A DNA stretch of 32,000 nt from Nitrosopumilus maritimus SCM1 (GTDB lineage Archaea; Thermoproteota; Nitrososphaeria; Nitrososphaerales; Nitrosopumilaceae): the NCBI RefSeq assembly GCF_000018465.1, contig NC_010085.1:1350001-1382000 (forward strand), written 5' to 3'. Positions 16,301 to 23,673 of this stretch are shown in pieces. The notes beneath the pieces are model-generated. The model worked only from the letters and a program-made list of their open reading frames with translations. It had not been told where the DNA came from and made no database searches. Made by a program: the position numbers and the translations under genes. The number at the start of each line of letters is the position of its first letter. The stretch's first letter is position 1.

Positions 16301-17164
16301 TTGAAACAAGTATACTCCCAAGTGTCAACTGTCACTCCAAAACCCTTTGTAAAGTGGGCCGGTGGAAAACGTCAGCTAATTCCAATTCTAAATGAGAATT
16401 TGCCAAAGACATTTGGGACATATTATGAGCCATTTATCGGAGGAGGTGCTTTGCTCTTCCATATACTCACTGAGAGAAATAACCAAAAATGTAGTATCTC
16501 TGATTTGAACTCTGATCTGGTTTTAGCTTATACCACTATTCGAAACAGAATTGATGACCTAATCTCATCTCTCAAAAATCACGAAAAAAATTATCACAAA
16601 GATTCAAAATCATACTATTACTCTGTTAGAGAATCAAACCCAAGAAGCGAGATTGAGAAAACCTCAAGATTGCTCTTTTTGAACAGGACCTGTTTTAACG
16701 GATTGTACCGTGTCAACAGTAAAGGAAAATTCAATGTCCCACTGGGACGTTACACAAATCCCAATATCGTAAATGAGGAGAACCTCCGCTCTGTCAGTGC
16801 CATATTACAATCAAGCAAAGTCTCAATCAAATGTAGAGATTTCGGGGCAGTATTACGAGATGCCAAAAAAGGAGACCTCGTATATTTTGACCCACCATAC
16901 CAACCAGTCAGCGATACTGCCAACTTTACAAGTTACACAAACAAGGACTTTACAGACAAGGACCTTGAGAGACTAGCAGACCTGTGTAACAAACTAGATT
17001 CTAAGGGATGCAAAGTGTTATTATCAAATTCTGATTCAAAACAAGTTTCAGATATGTTCTCAGGAAAATCCTGGAAAGTAAACAAGGTTCAAGCAAACCG
17101 TTCTATCAATTCCAATTCAAAAAAGAGAACAGGTCACTTTGAATTACTAATCAAAAATTATTAG
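16301..17164 (+). CDS. Dam-family (D12 class, alpha-type) N6-adenine DNA methyltransferase, no adjacent endonuclease
   Basis: FVKWAGGKRQL N-terminal Dam motif, EPFIGGGALLF (FxGxG SAM site) and VYFDPPYQP (DPPY catalytic motif) occur in the alpha-class order. The start is TTG at 16301, or GTG at 16322; no ATG is available. Confidence 0.9.
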   Translation: MKQVYSQVSTVTPKPFVKWAGGKRQLIPILNENLPKTFGTYYEPFIGGGALLFHILTERNNQKCSISDLNSDLVLAYTTIRNRIDDLISSLKNHEKNYHKDSKSYYYSVRESNPRSEIEKTSRLLFLNRTCFNGLYRVNSKGKFNVPLGRYTNPNIVNEENLRSVSAILQSSKVSIKCRDFGAVLRDAKKGDLVYFDPPYQPVSDTANFTSYTNKDFTDKDLERLADLCNKLDSKGCKVLLSNSDSKQVSDMFSGKSWKVNKVQANRSINSNSKKRTGHFELLIKNY

Positions 17165-17212
17165 ATTATTTTTTTCAAAAAAATTTCTAGAGTTAACACT
17201 AGTTGTAGATAA

Positions 17213-17236
17213 TAAAATGAAAAGGAAAAGGTTGGG
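17213..17236 (-). terminator. Pyrimidine/T-rich 3' element after amoA, identical to the one after amoB
   Basis: The minus strand reads CCCAACCTTTTCCTTTTCATTTTA, starting 3 nt after the amoA TAA. The same 24-mer occurs at 19901-19924 (+). Oligo-T tracts are the usual archaeal termination signal. Confidence 0.45.
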
Positions 17237-17239
17237 TTT

Positions 17240-17890
17240 TTAGTCCCACTTTGACCAAGCGGCCATCCATCTGTAAGTCCATGTATTCAATTTACAACCT
17301 AACGCTGCAAATGTACATCCCAAAACTGCACCTGCACCTGCACCGAGAGCAACTGGGCTGTTATAGAACTTACCTACTTGGGGTTCTATCGGTGTCATGT
17401 ATGGTGGCAATGTTGGTCTTGGATACTTGAATGCCGTTTCTAGTGGGTCTGCTACTGTTATCAGGTTTACCATGTTGAACAATGGTAATGACATTCCTAC
17501 CAGTACACCGCCGAACAGTATCAAGGAGTGCTTGTTCTTCTTTGTTGCCCAGTAGACTAAGTCCAACAGCATTGCTGATGGTAACCAAACTGGTGTTACA
17601 ATGAAGTCATATGGATAACCTAGTGAGAACCAGGCTGCCTTTGCAATCCATGTGTAAACTGTCATAATCAGAGCGTAGTACGTTGCTGTGCCTGGAACGC
17701 CTGTAAATGTTAGGTAATATGTTGCACCTACAATAAGCATCAACGTTTGCGATATTGAGAATACCGTGTACGAAGTCCAAGCCCAGTCAGTGTAGAAGAT
17801 GTAGTCTCCTGCATTAATTGTTAACAGTGTAGAGTTAACTGCAACCACTACTATGAACAAGTAGTGTGTACATCGTCTTAACCAGACCAT
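17240..17890 (-). CDS. amoA: Ammonia monooxygenase subunit A (archaeal)
   Basis: The 216-aa sequence MVWLRRCTHYLFIVVVAVNSTLLTINAGDYIFYTDWAWTS...YRWMAAWSKWD is recognisably Nitrosopumilus-type AmoA. A TTTATATA box lies about 27 nt upstream of the ATG. Confidence 0.98.
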   Translation of the reverse strand: MVWLRRCTHYLFIVVVAVNSTLLTINAGDYIFYTDWAWTSYTVFSISQTLMLIVGATYYLTFTGVPGTATYYALIMTVYTWIAKAAWFSLGYPYDFIVTPVWLPSAMLLDLVYWATKKNKHSLILFGGVLVGMSLPLFNMVNLITVADPLETAFKYPRPTLPPYMTPIEPQVGKFYNSPVALGAGAGAVLGCTFAALGCKLNTWTYRWMAAWSKWD

Positions 17891-17974
17891 ATCAAGTTGA
17901 AGAAACGGTCAGTATATAAAATTTTAGAGTGTGATGGAGATCGTCGCTTTATTCGGCAAATACACACAGGTATT

Positions 17975-18021
17975 TGTCAAAAATTAAAATGAAAAAGAAG
18001 TGTTCTGAAGGATTTACCTTC
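17975..18021 (-). terminator. Hairpin plus T-tract after amoX
   Basis: The minus strand after the TAA has hairpin GAAGG-TAAAT-CCTTC, then CTTCTTTTTCATTTTAATTTTTG. This contains TTTTCATTTTA (complement of 17985-17995), shared with the amoA and amoB 3' elements. Confidence 0.4.
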
Positions 18022-18024
18022 TGA

Positions 18025-18387
18025 TTACCAACCGACGAATAATGATACAAATAGCACAAATGCTACTGTTCCAGCTATACTGGCACCTACGATACCATTA
18101 CTATTCTTGTTGGAGCCTTCTTCCATGACTTTAACACAGAAGATGTAACCGATTGCCTCAATGATTGCAAGTACGATGAATGCAAAGTGGCCACTTGCTG
18201 TTGGATATGCCCATGGATAATAGAAGTATCCTGCTGCAGTACCAGCAAAAGTAGCAATTAATGCTGCCCAATATGATGCTGTGATCATACCAGTCATATT
18301 TTCAACGCGTCGTCCAATCATTCGTTCTACGTCAGCACTGGATGATCCACCGCCACCGCCTGAACCGAATCCTTTTGGAAGAGTCAT
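18025..18387 (-). CDS. amoX: AmoX (small membrane protein encoded between amoA and amoC in archaeal amo clusters)
   Basis: 120 aa with a Gly-rich N-terminus and three hydrophobic helices. Its position between amoA and amoC is the conserved amoX slot in Nitrosopumilales. Confidence 0.8.
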   Translation of the reverse strand: MTLPKGFGSGGGGGSSSADVERMIGRRVENMTGMITASYWAALIATFAGTAAGYFYYPWAYPTASGHFAFIVLAIIEAIGYIFCVKVMEEGSNKNSNGIVGASIAGTVAFVLFVSLFVGW

Positions 18388-18459
18388 TCTGGAATTATTC
18401 TAATTCAGAATCCTTTTAAGTCTTTCTTAAACTGCTGAAGAGGGTACGATCTACGTCTT

Positions 18460-18500
18460 TTTTAAAAATATAAAATAAGAAAAAATTGTGCGATTGCACA
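18460..18500 (-). terminator. Hairpin plus T-tract after amoC
   Basis: + strand TGTGC-gatt-GCACA (18487-18500). On the minus strand it is followed by AATTTTTCTTATTTTATATTTTT. Confidence 0.4.
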
Positions 18501-18506
18501 TTTTGT

Positions 18507-19079
18507 CTATGGAATTGATCTACTGTACAATTTGCCTTCTAAGGCCATCTTGTACATCTCTGCGACATATGGGTTCTCACCTGGAGTCTCAGCACCTAGT
18601 TCTACGAGTCTAGCATATACTCTGACTACGTATGCAAGTGCACCCATGAATGCTACTACAACACCCATGTTAAACATCCAATGGTTTGGAACTGCAAAGA
18701 TTTCCTCTACAAACCAGAAGTGCCACATCTCATTGACTCCAATTGTAAACATAGTTGCTAAGTAACCAAGAATGGTCATTTTCAAACCTGTGTTCATTGA
18801 ATTATTTGGACCTCTGAGAACTGGAACTTTTCTATCATAGATTGCTGCTGAACCCCATCCGAGTGGAAGTGCTACAAAGTGGGAATATAACCACCAGTGA
18901 GCTGGAGTAAATGCACTATCTCTGATAGATGTCTGATGTAGAGAACCATCAACGAAGTTATCTACTTCGACTGATGCTGCGGTAGATCCCATAGCAATAA
19001 CGATGAGCCAGATTTTCTTAAGTCTCTGAATCTCAACTTCTTTTGGGATTAATGCGGGCATCTGTGCCATGGTAATCAT
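18507..19079 (-). CDS. amoC: Ammonia monooxygenase subunit C (archaeal)
   Basis: 190 aa, ...DSAFTPAHWWLYSHFVALPLGWGSAAIYDRKVP...MWHFWFVEEIFAVPNHWMFN..., recognisably archaeal AmoC. The exact Met start among M1, M4 and M7 is uncertain. Confidence 0.96.
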   Translation of the reverse strand: MITMAQMPALIPKEVEIQRLKKIWLIVIAMGSTAASVEVDNFVDGSLHQTSIRDSAFTPAHWWLYSHFVALPLGWGSAAIYDRKVPVLRGPNNSMNTGLKMTILGYLATMFTIGVNEMWHFWFVEEIFAVPNHWMFNMGVVVAFMGALAYVVRVYARLVELGAETPGENPYVAEMYKMALEGKLYSRSIP

Positions 19080-19325
19080 GGTGTATATTGAGAATATAAA
19101 GTAAGAGATTGAAATCAGGTTGTTTTTCTTCCAATTTCTAACTATTTTTCAAATGATTTGTGAAATTATTTCATTTTCTATTTTTTTCATTGTAAGAATA
19201 ATAACTGTTTTTTGTTATTTTCAATGTTTAACATCGATGATTAACATCACTATTAGTATCGATCCTCGCAATGAAGGTAAAACATATAACGACGTGTATT
19301 ATCTTTCACAATATTAGGGATAACT

Positions 19326-19895
19326 ATGGTCGAAAAAAAGATTTTCGTATTCGGACTAGCTGTCGTACTTGCACTAGGAACTTTAGGTTTCAACTGGGTT
19401 GAGTCTATTCTTCCAACTGCAGATGCACACGGTGTCCAAGCACAACTCCAGAGTCGTTTCGTCAGAATTGAAGACGAGACCTTTAACAGACAATCCCTGC
19501 AAACTGGCGAGACCTTGGTACTTCAAGGAACATTAGTCAGTCTTGTAGAAAGAGACCTTAGAGGATGGATATCCATTTTCTCAGAGTCAACTAACGCAGG
19601 TAACAGATGGGAGATGCTCTCAAGAGATCCACCAGGAAACGTCTTTGACATTCCAGGAAACTCTGTTGTAGATTATCAACTATCTGCAAAAGCACTTGAA
19701 GCAGGTGTATACCACGTACACACCCAACTCAATGTAGCCCAAGTTGGTCCAGGACTCGGTCCAGGTCAAACAGTTGTCGTTGAAGGAGAACCAATTATCA
19801 AACCAATCCCATATACCAACATTGCATATCAGTCAATTATGATTGGTGTTGGATATGTCATTACGTTTGCAACACGACCCTGGCAAGTAATCTAA
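19326..19895 (+). CDS. amoB: Ammonia monooxygenase subunit B (archaeal)
   Basis: 189 aa with an N-terminal signal/TM segment, then ADAHGVQAQLQSRFV (mature N-terminal His region) and a C-terminal TM helix. This is the short archaeal AmoB form, divergent from amoC as in Nitrosopumilus. Confidence 0.96.
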   Translation: MVEKKIFVFGLAVVLALGTLGFNWVESILPTADAHGVQAQLQSRFVRIEDETFNRQSLQTGETLVLQGTLVSLVERDLRGWISIFSESTNAGNRWEMLSRDPPGNVFDIPGNSVVDYQLSAKALEAGVYHVHTQLNVAQVGPGLGPGQTVVVEGEPIIKPIPYTNIAYQSIMIGVGYVITFATRPWQVI

Positions 19896-19900
19896 ACCAC

Positions 19901-19924
19901 CCCAACCTTTTCCTTTTCATTTTA
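19901..19924 (+). terminator. Pyrimidine/T-rich 3' element after amoB, identical to the one after amoA
   Basis: CCCAACCTTTTCCTTTTCATTTTA starts 5 nt after the amoB TAA and is a 24/24 match to the complement of 17213-17236. Confidence 0.45.
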
Positions 19925-19990
19925 AACACTCTACGATTAACGTAAGTCAGAAACCAAGTCTTATCTGCAATAACAAAGCAAGTAAAACAT

Positions 19991-20305
19991 ATGCTAAATT
20001 TCAAAATTAAAAAACTTGATATTTTTCAGAGTTACTTTTTTGGCGAAGTCGAATTCAGAGAAGACCCATACAAAGTAAACATCCAAAATCAAAGAAGAGG
20101 CAAAGTCCTCAAATTACCTTTTGAGATAAATCCAAAAAGAGAAAATGTCTTGGTGAGATTTTCAGGACCTGGAGAATTGTTTGTAGAGGATTACCTCCCA
20201 TACAAAGGAGAATCAGAGTGGTTAGAGGTAGATTCAGACGAAATTACATACTATATTGCAGACCACCAAGACCAACTAGACACAATTGAGATTGTGTACG
20301 ACTAA
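19991..20305 (+). CDS. Hypothetical protein (104 aa), soluble, downstream of amoB
   Basis: ATG ORF on the same strand as amoB. No TM segment and no recognised family. Confidence 0.6.
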   Translation: MLNFKIKKLDIFQSYFFGEVEFREDPYKVNIQNQRRGKVLKLPFEINPKRENVLVRFSGPGELFVEDYLPYKGESEWLEVDSDEITYYIADHQDQLDTIEIVYD

Positions 20306-20345
20306 GAGAAAGGACTTTAAGGAATCTGACTAGAATTATCCTATC

Positions 20346-20864
20346 ATGAAGTGGCCAGGTGCAACAGACCCATACAAGAGAAACAAGACAATCAGATTTC
20401 TCATAATAAGTGCAGGTATTGGTGCAGCAGCAGTATTAATGACCACCATGATAGTGAATCCAGCAATTGGCAATCAACCACATAATGCTTGTATTGACGA
20501 TTTGGACACTCCTTGGAAAATATCATTTACATTTGAAATGGTCAAGGATGGTTTGAAAGCTGAAGTTCAGCCAAATATTGGAATCACAGAAGAGTGTCAA
20601 AGGGCAATATACACACTATCTAATGACGGTACAGTATATGCAGAATGGACAGAAAATCCCAATTTTGAGATAGGGCATTTCCTCTACATTTCAGGTTTTC
20701 AGATTAGAGATATGGAAGAGTCAAAAACTGAGATTTTTGTAAATGACAAACCATCAGAGCATGGCCTCAAAACCCCAATACAAGATGGGTATCACTACAA
20801 GGCAGTATTCATATCAAAGGGATATGACGAATCAAAGGACAGAGACTTCCTACCAGACAATTAG
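20346..20864 (+). CDS. Hypothetical membrane-anchored protein (172 aa)
   Basis: One N-terminal TM helix (FLIISAGIGAAAVLMTTMIV), then a probable extracytoplasmic domain with Cys residues. No recognised family. Confidence 0.65.
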   Translation: MKWPGATDPYKRNKTIRFLIISAGIGAAAVLMTTMIVNPAIGNQPHNACIDDLDTPWKISFTFEMVKDGLKAEVQPNIGITEECQRAIYTLSNDGTVYAEWTENPNFEIGHFLYISGFQIRDMEESKTEIFVNDKPSEHGLKTPIQDGYHYKAVFISKGYDESKDRDFLPDN

Positions 20865-20966
20865 ACAATTGCAGACTTTGTAAAAATTAAGAATATTTTC
20901 TAAAACGATTTGTACATAGATTTCTCTAGGGAATTAAAAATAATGAAAATGAAAAAGGTAGTAATT

Positions 20967-21236
20967 CTACCAGTATTTTCCGTTGTCTGGAATAAGACCG
21001 ATACCTTCTCTTTCAAAGTGTCTGTCCAATTCGTCGACCCATCTCTCACGGTTGTCTTTGTATGCCCATCCGTGAACACGTAACCAGAATGAGATAATTC
21101 CAAGAAGGAATACAGTGAACATCATGGTTCCGAAGATGTAAATCATTACATCATAGAATAATGGATCATAGTTTGGTCCTAGTTGTCCTGTTAGTGATGA
21201 CAGGATGCTTAGGAAAGTTCCTACGATAGGAGTCAT
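20967..21236 (-). CDS. Small membrane protein (89 aa), AMO-cluster associated; candidate accessory AMO subunit (AmoY/AmoZ-type, unverified)
   Basis: Hydrophobic segments IVGTFLSILSSLTG and VMIYIFGTMMFTVFLLGIISFWL with a charged C-terminal tail. It has its own A/T box about 29 nt upstream of the ATG, the shared upstream box 21284-21303, and the 3' motif CCTTTTTCATTTTCA. Confidence 0.7.
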   Translation of the reverse strand: MTPIVGTFLSILSSLTGQLGPNYDPLFYDVMIYIFGTMMFTVFLLGIISFWLRVHGWAYKDNRERWVDELDRHFEREGIGLIPDNGKYW

Positions 21237-21283
21237 GTATATTTTGGCTCAATTTCTGCGATATATACATTTCTTTTATTATC

Positions 21284-21303
21284 ATAAAGTACGAGATCAG
21301 TAT
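21284..21303 (-). promoter_or_regulatory. Upstream box copy 1 (ATACTGATCTCGTAC core in gene orientation), upstream of the 89-aa gene
   Basis: + strand ataaagtacgagatcagtat is 19/20 identical to 21746-21765. It lies 48-67 nt upstream of the ATG at 21236, distal to the A/T boxes. Confidence 0.5.
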
Positions 21304-21345
21304 TCACTAAGGCTTGATAATAAAATAAGAGAAAAGTGAGGTATT

Positions 21346-21678
21346 TTATCCTCTACCCATTGCTGCGTATTTGCCAGATCTTCCTCTAATTAAGAAGGCT
21401 CCTGCAATACCACCAAAGACTGCACCTGCAATAACTGCTGCACCAACGACACCACTAGCATCAAGATATGGAGTTCCTGAACCAGAAGATGGGTTTGCTT
21501 CAGCAGCTTCGATTCTTCTTCTTTGAATCTCAAGTGCCTCTTCTAATGTGTATGATCCGGTTTCTCCTGCATCACCAACGTTACCCATGTACTGGGCAAA
21601 TGCAACAGAAGCTGCACCGATGGCACCGAAGAAAAATACAGATAGCATGGTTGCTGTTAAGAGTACTTTTGTATTCAT
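21346..21678 (-). CDS. Small secreted/membrane protein (110 aa), AMO-cluster associated; candidate accessory AMO subunit (unverified)
   Basis: N-terminal signal/TM segment (VLLTATMLSVFFFGAIGAASVAFA), an acidic helical middle, and a Gly/Ala-rich C-terminal TM helix (VVGAAVIAGAVFGGIAGAFLI) with a basic tail. The shared upstream box lies at 21746-21765. Confidence 0.7.
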   Translation of the reverse strand: MNTKVLLTATMLSVFFFGAIGAASVAFAQYMGNVGDAGETGSYTLEEALEIQRRRIEAAEANPSSGSGTPYLDASGVVGAAVIAGAVFGGIAGAFLIRGRSGKYAAMGRG

Positions 21679-21745
21679 ACCGTTTACCTAATCGTTTGGA
21701 CGAACAGTACTTATTTAAAACTTTATTCTGAGCCTCAAATTTCGA

Positions 21746-21765
21746 ATAATGTACGAGATCAGTAT
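21746..21765 (-). promoter_or_regulatory. Upstream box copy 2, upstream of the 110-aa gene
   Basis: + strand ataatgtacgagatcagtat lies 68-87 nt upstream of the ATG at 21678, distal to a TTTTAAATAA box. Confidence 0.5.
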
Positions 21766-21802
21766 AAGTAACGTTTAATTCTCTACTCAAGTGAGCCAAA
21801 TT

Positions 21803-22252
21803 ATGGGACGAATGCACACACACAGACACGGAAAGTCACATTCCATTAGACCAGCTACACTACGTGCACCTTCATGGATCACACAAAGTCCTGCAGAAAT
21901 TGAAGAATTGGTAATAAAATACTCCAAAGACGGACTAACTCCTAGTCAAATTGGAATTAAACTTAGAGACCAACATTCAATCCCACTAATCAAGCCAATT
22001 ACAAAAAAGACAATTGGTGAGATTTTAGAAGAAAATGATTTGAAAGCAGAGATGCCAGAAGACTTGGAAAACATTGTCAAAAAGGCAGTAGGTCTTCAAA
22101 GACATCTCAAAGAAAACAAGGGAGACAGAAGAAATGTCAGATCTTTGGAATTAATCGAAGCCAAAGTTCACAGACTATCAGTCTATTACAAAAAGATCGG
22201 CAGAATCCCAGCAACTTGGAAATATAAATCAGTAGTAGCTCAATTAGAGTAA
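21803..22252 (+). CDS. rps15: 30S ribosomal protein S15 (uS15)
   Basis: MGRMHTHRHGKSHSIRP is the archaeal S15 N-terminus. The start is moved from the track's GTG (21791) to the ATG at 21803. Confidence 0.92.
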   Translation: MGRMHTHRHGKSHSIRPATLRAPSWITQSPAEIEELVIKYSKDGLTPSQIGIKLRDQHSIPLIKPITKKTIGEILEENDLKAEMPEDLENIVKKAVGLQRHLKENKGDRRNVRSLELIEAKVHRLSVYYKKIGRIPATWKYKSVVAQLE

Positions 22253-23673
22253 TGACAAAATCACTTGATGAGTCACTTTCGTTTTTCAAAGATAAAGTTA
22301 CAGATTGCATAAGATCTAAAAAATCAATTTTTGTTACAACCCACATTGATTGTGACGGGTTGACATCTGGAAGTATCATTACCAAAGCTCTGATAAGAGC
22401 TGGGGCAAATTGTACTGTTAGGACATCAAAAGAATTTAGCAAAAATGTTGTAGACTCTTTCAAAACAGATTCTAGAGATTTTCACATAGTTACTGATCTT
22501 GGAGGAGGTTTTGGAAAGGACCTCAATGAGACACTTGGAGATAACTGGATTGTCTTGGATCATCACCAAATCCCAGATGAGGAGATAGAGAATCCAAATG
22601 TGATTAATGCATGGAAGTATGGAATCGATGGAGGCCTTGAAATTTGTGCCGGCGGAATGGCATATCTAGCATCCATGGCACTTGATGAGAAAAACTCTGA
22701 CTTGTCATCAATTGCAGTAGTATCTGCTCTTGGAGACAGACAGGACCAAGGAGAAAGAAAGTCATTTACTGGAAAGAATTTTGAAATCGCAAACACTGCA
22801 AAAGAACAAGGACTAGTTGAGATTGACTTGGACCTATTATTGGTTGGAAGAGAGACAAGACCACTTCCAGATGCCTTGGCATTTACATCCCAGCCATTTA
22901 TTGAGGGACTTACCTGGAACAGAGATGCCTGCCTTTCACTACTAAATTCATCAGGAATCCAGCTTAAAGACGAGGGCAGATGGAGGGTTCCAGCAGAGCT
23001 AGACGAGGAAGAAAAAAGACAGGTAATCGAGTCAATCACCAAATTTACAGCTGGCAAAAATGCCACAGAGATAATGTCTGAATTAATCGGATACACTTAC
23101 ACATTTCCTAGAGAAGACAAGAGGAGTTTCTTGAGGGATGGTAGAGAGTTTTCAACTATGCTAAACTCTTGTGGAAGAATAAACCGCTCCGGAGTCGGAA
23201 TGGCAATCTGCATGGGAGACAGAAACAAGATTCTAAGAGAAGGGGAGACAATCCTGACAGACTATAGAAAGATGATCAGAGAATACATGAACATTCTATC
23301 AAATGAGAGATGGAGGATTTCTGAAAGTGAGACATGTGTTATGGTAAATGGAGAAGACATTGTCCCTGAAACAATGACTGGAACCATCTCATCACTAATT
23401 GCAGGCTCTCCAAAGAATTCTGGTAAAATTGTAATTCTCAGAACAAAGGGAGAAGAGAACACTATCAAGTTTTCATCAAGAAAGTCATTTGGTTGCAAAT
23501 CAGACATCAACCTAAGTGATCTGATGAGAGCTGGTGCTGAGAAGTTTGATGGTATTGGAGGAGGTCATGATGCAGCAGCTGGAGCAAAAATAACTAAAGA
23601 CAAATTAGATGAGTTTCTCAATTATTTAGAAGTAAATGTCGTTAACGTGTCAAGTGCAGATAGTCCTCAGTAA
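22252..23673 (+). CDS. DHH-family phosphoesterase, archaeal RecJ/Cdc45-like nuclease
   Basis: DHH superfamily motifs occur in order: HIDCDGLTSG, TDLGGG, LDHHQ, and GGGHDAAAGA in the DHHA1 part. The start ATG overlaps the S15 stop (TAATG). Confidence 0.85.
   Translation: MTKSLDESLSFFKDKVTDCIRSKKSIFVTTHIDCDGLTSGSIITKALIRAGANCTVRTSKEFSKNVVDSFKTDSRDFHIVTDLGGGFGKDLNETLGDNWIVLDHHQIPDEEIENPNVINAWKYGIDGGLEICAGGMAYLASMALDEKNSDLSSIAVVSALGDRQDQGERKSFTGKNFEIANTAKEQGLVEIDLDLLLVGRETRPLPDALAFTSQPFIEGLTWNRDACLSLLNSSGIQLKDEGRWRVPAELDEEEKRQVIESITKFTAGKNATEIMSELIGYTYTFPREDKRSFLRDGREFSTMLNSCGRINRSGVGMAICMGDRNKILREGETILTDYRKMIREYMNILSNERWRISESETCVMVNGEDIVPETMTGTISSLIAGSPKNSGKIVILRTKGEENTIKFSSRKSFGCKSDINLSDLMRAGAEKFDGIGGGHDAAAGAKITKDKLDEFLNYLEVNVVNVSSADSPQ

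Noticed and set aside
16153-17239. Integrated mobile element at tRNA-Thr carrying the Dam methyltransferase
   Set aside because: There is no integrase, transposase or other cargo. I saw no direct repeat of the tRNA-Thr 3' half downstream of the gene, and the composition looks native. The gene is kept only as an orphan methyltransferase observation.
19120-19317. 65-aa ORF in the amoC-amoB divergent intergenic region
   Set aside because: Extremely AT-rich with a Phe/Ile-rich translation. It occupies the region that must hold both amoC and amoB promoters.
20900-21829. Track ORFs 20900-21103 (-), 21468-21731 (+) and 21581-21829 (-)
   Set aside because: They overlap the 89-aa, 110-aa and S15 genes in other frames or strands. 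They lack starts with promoter context, whereas the retained genes have clear TM topology or family identity.
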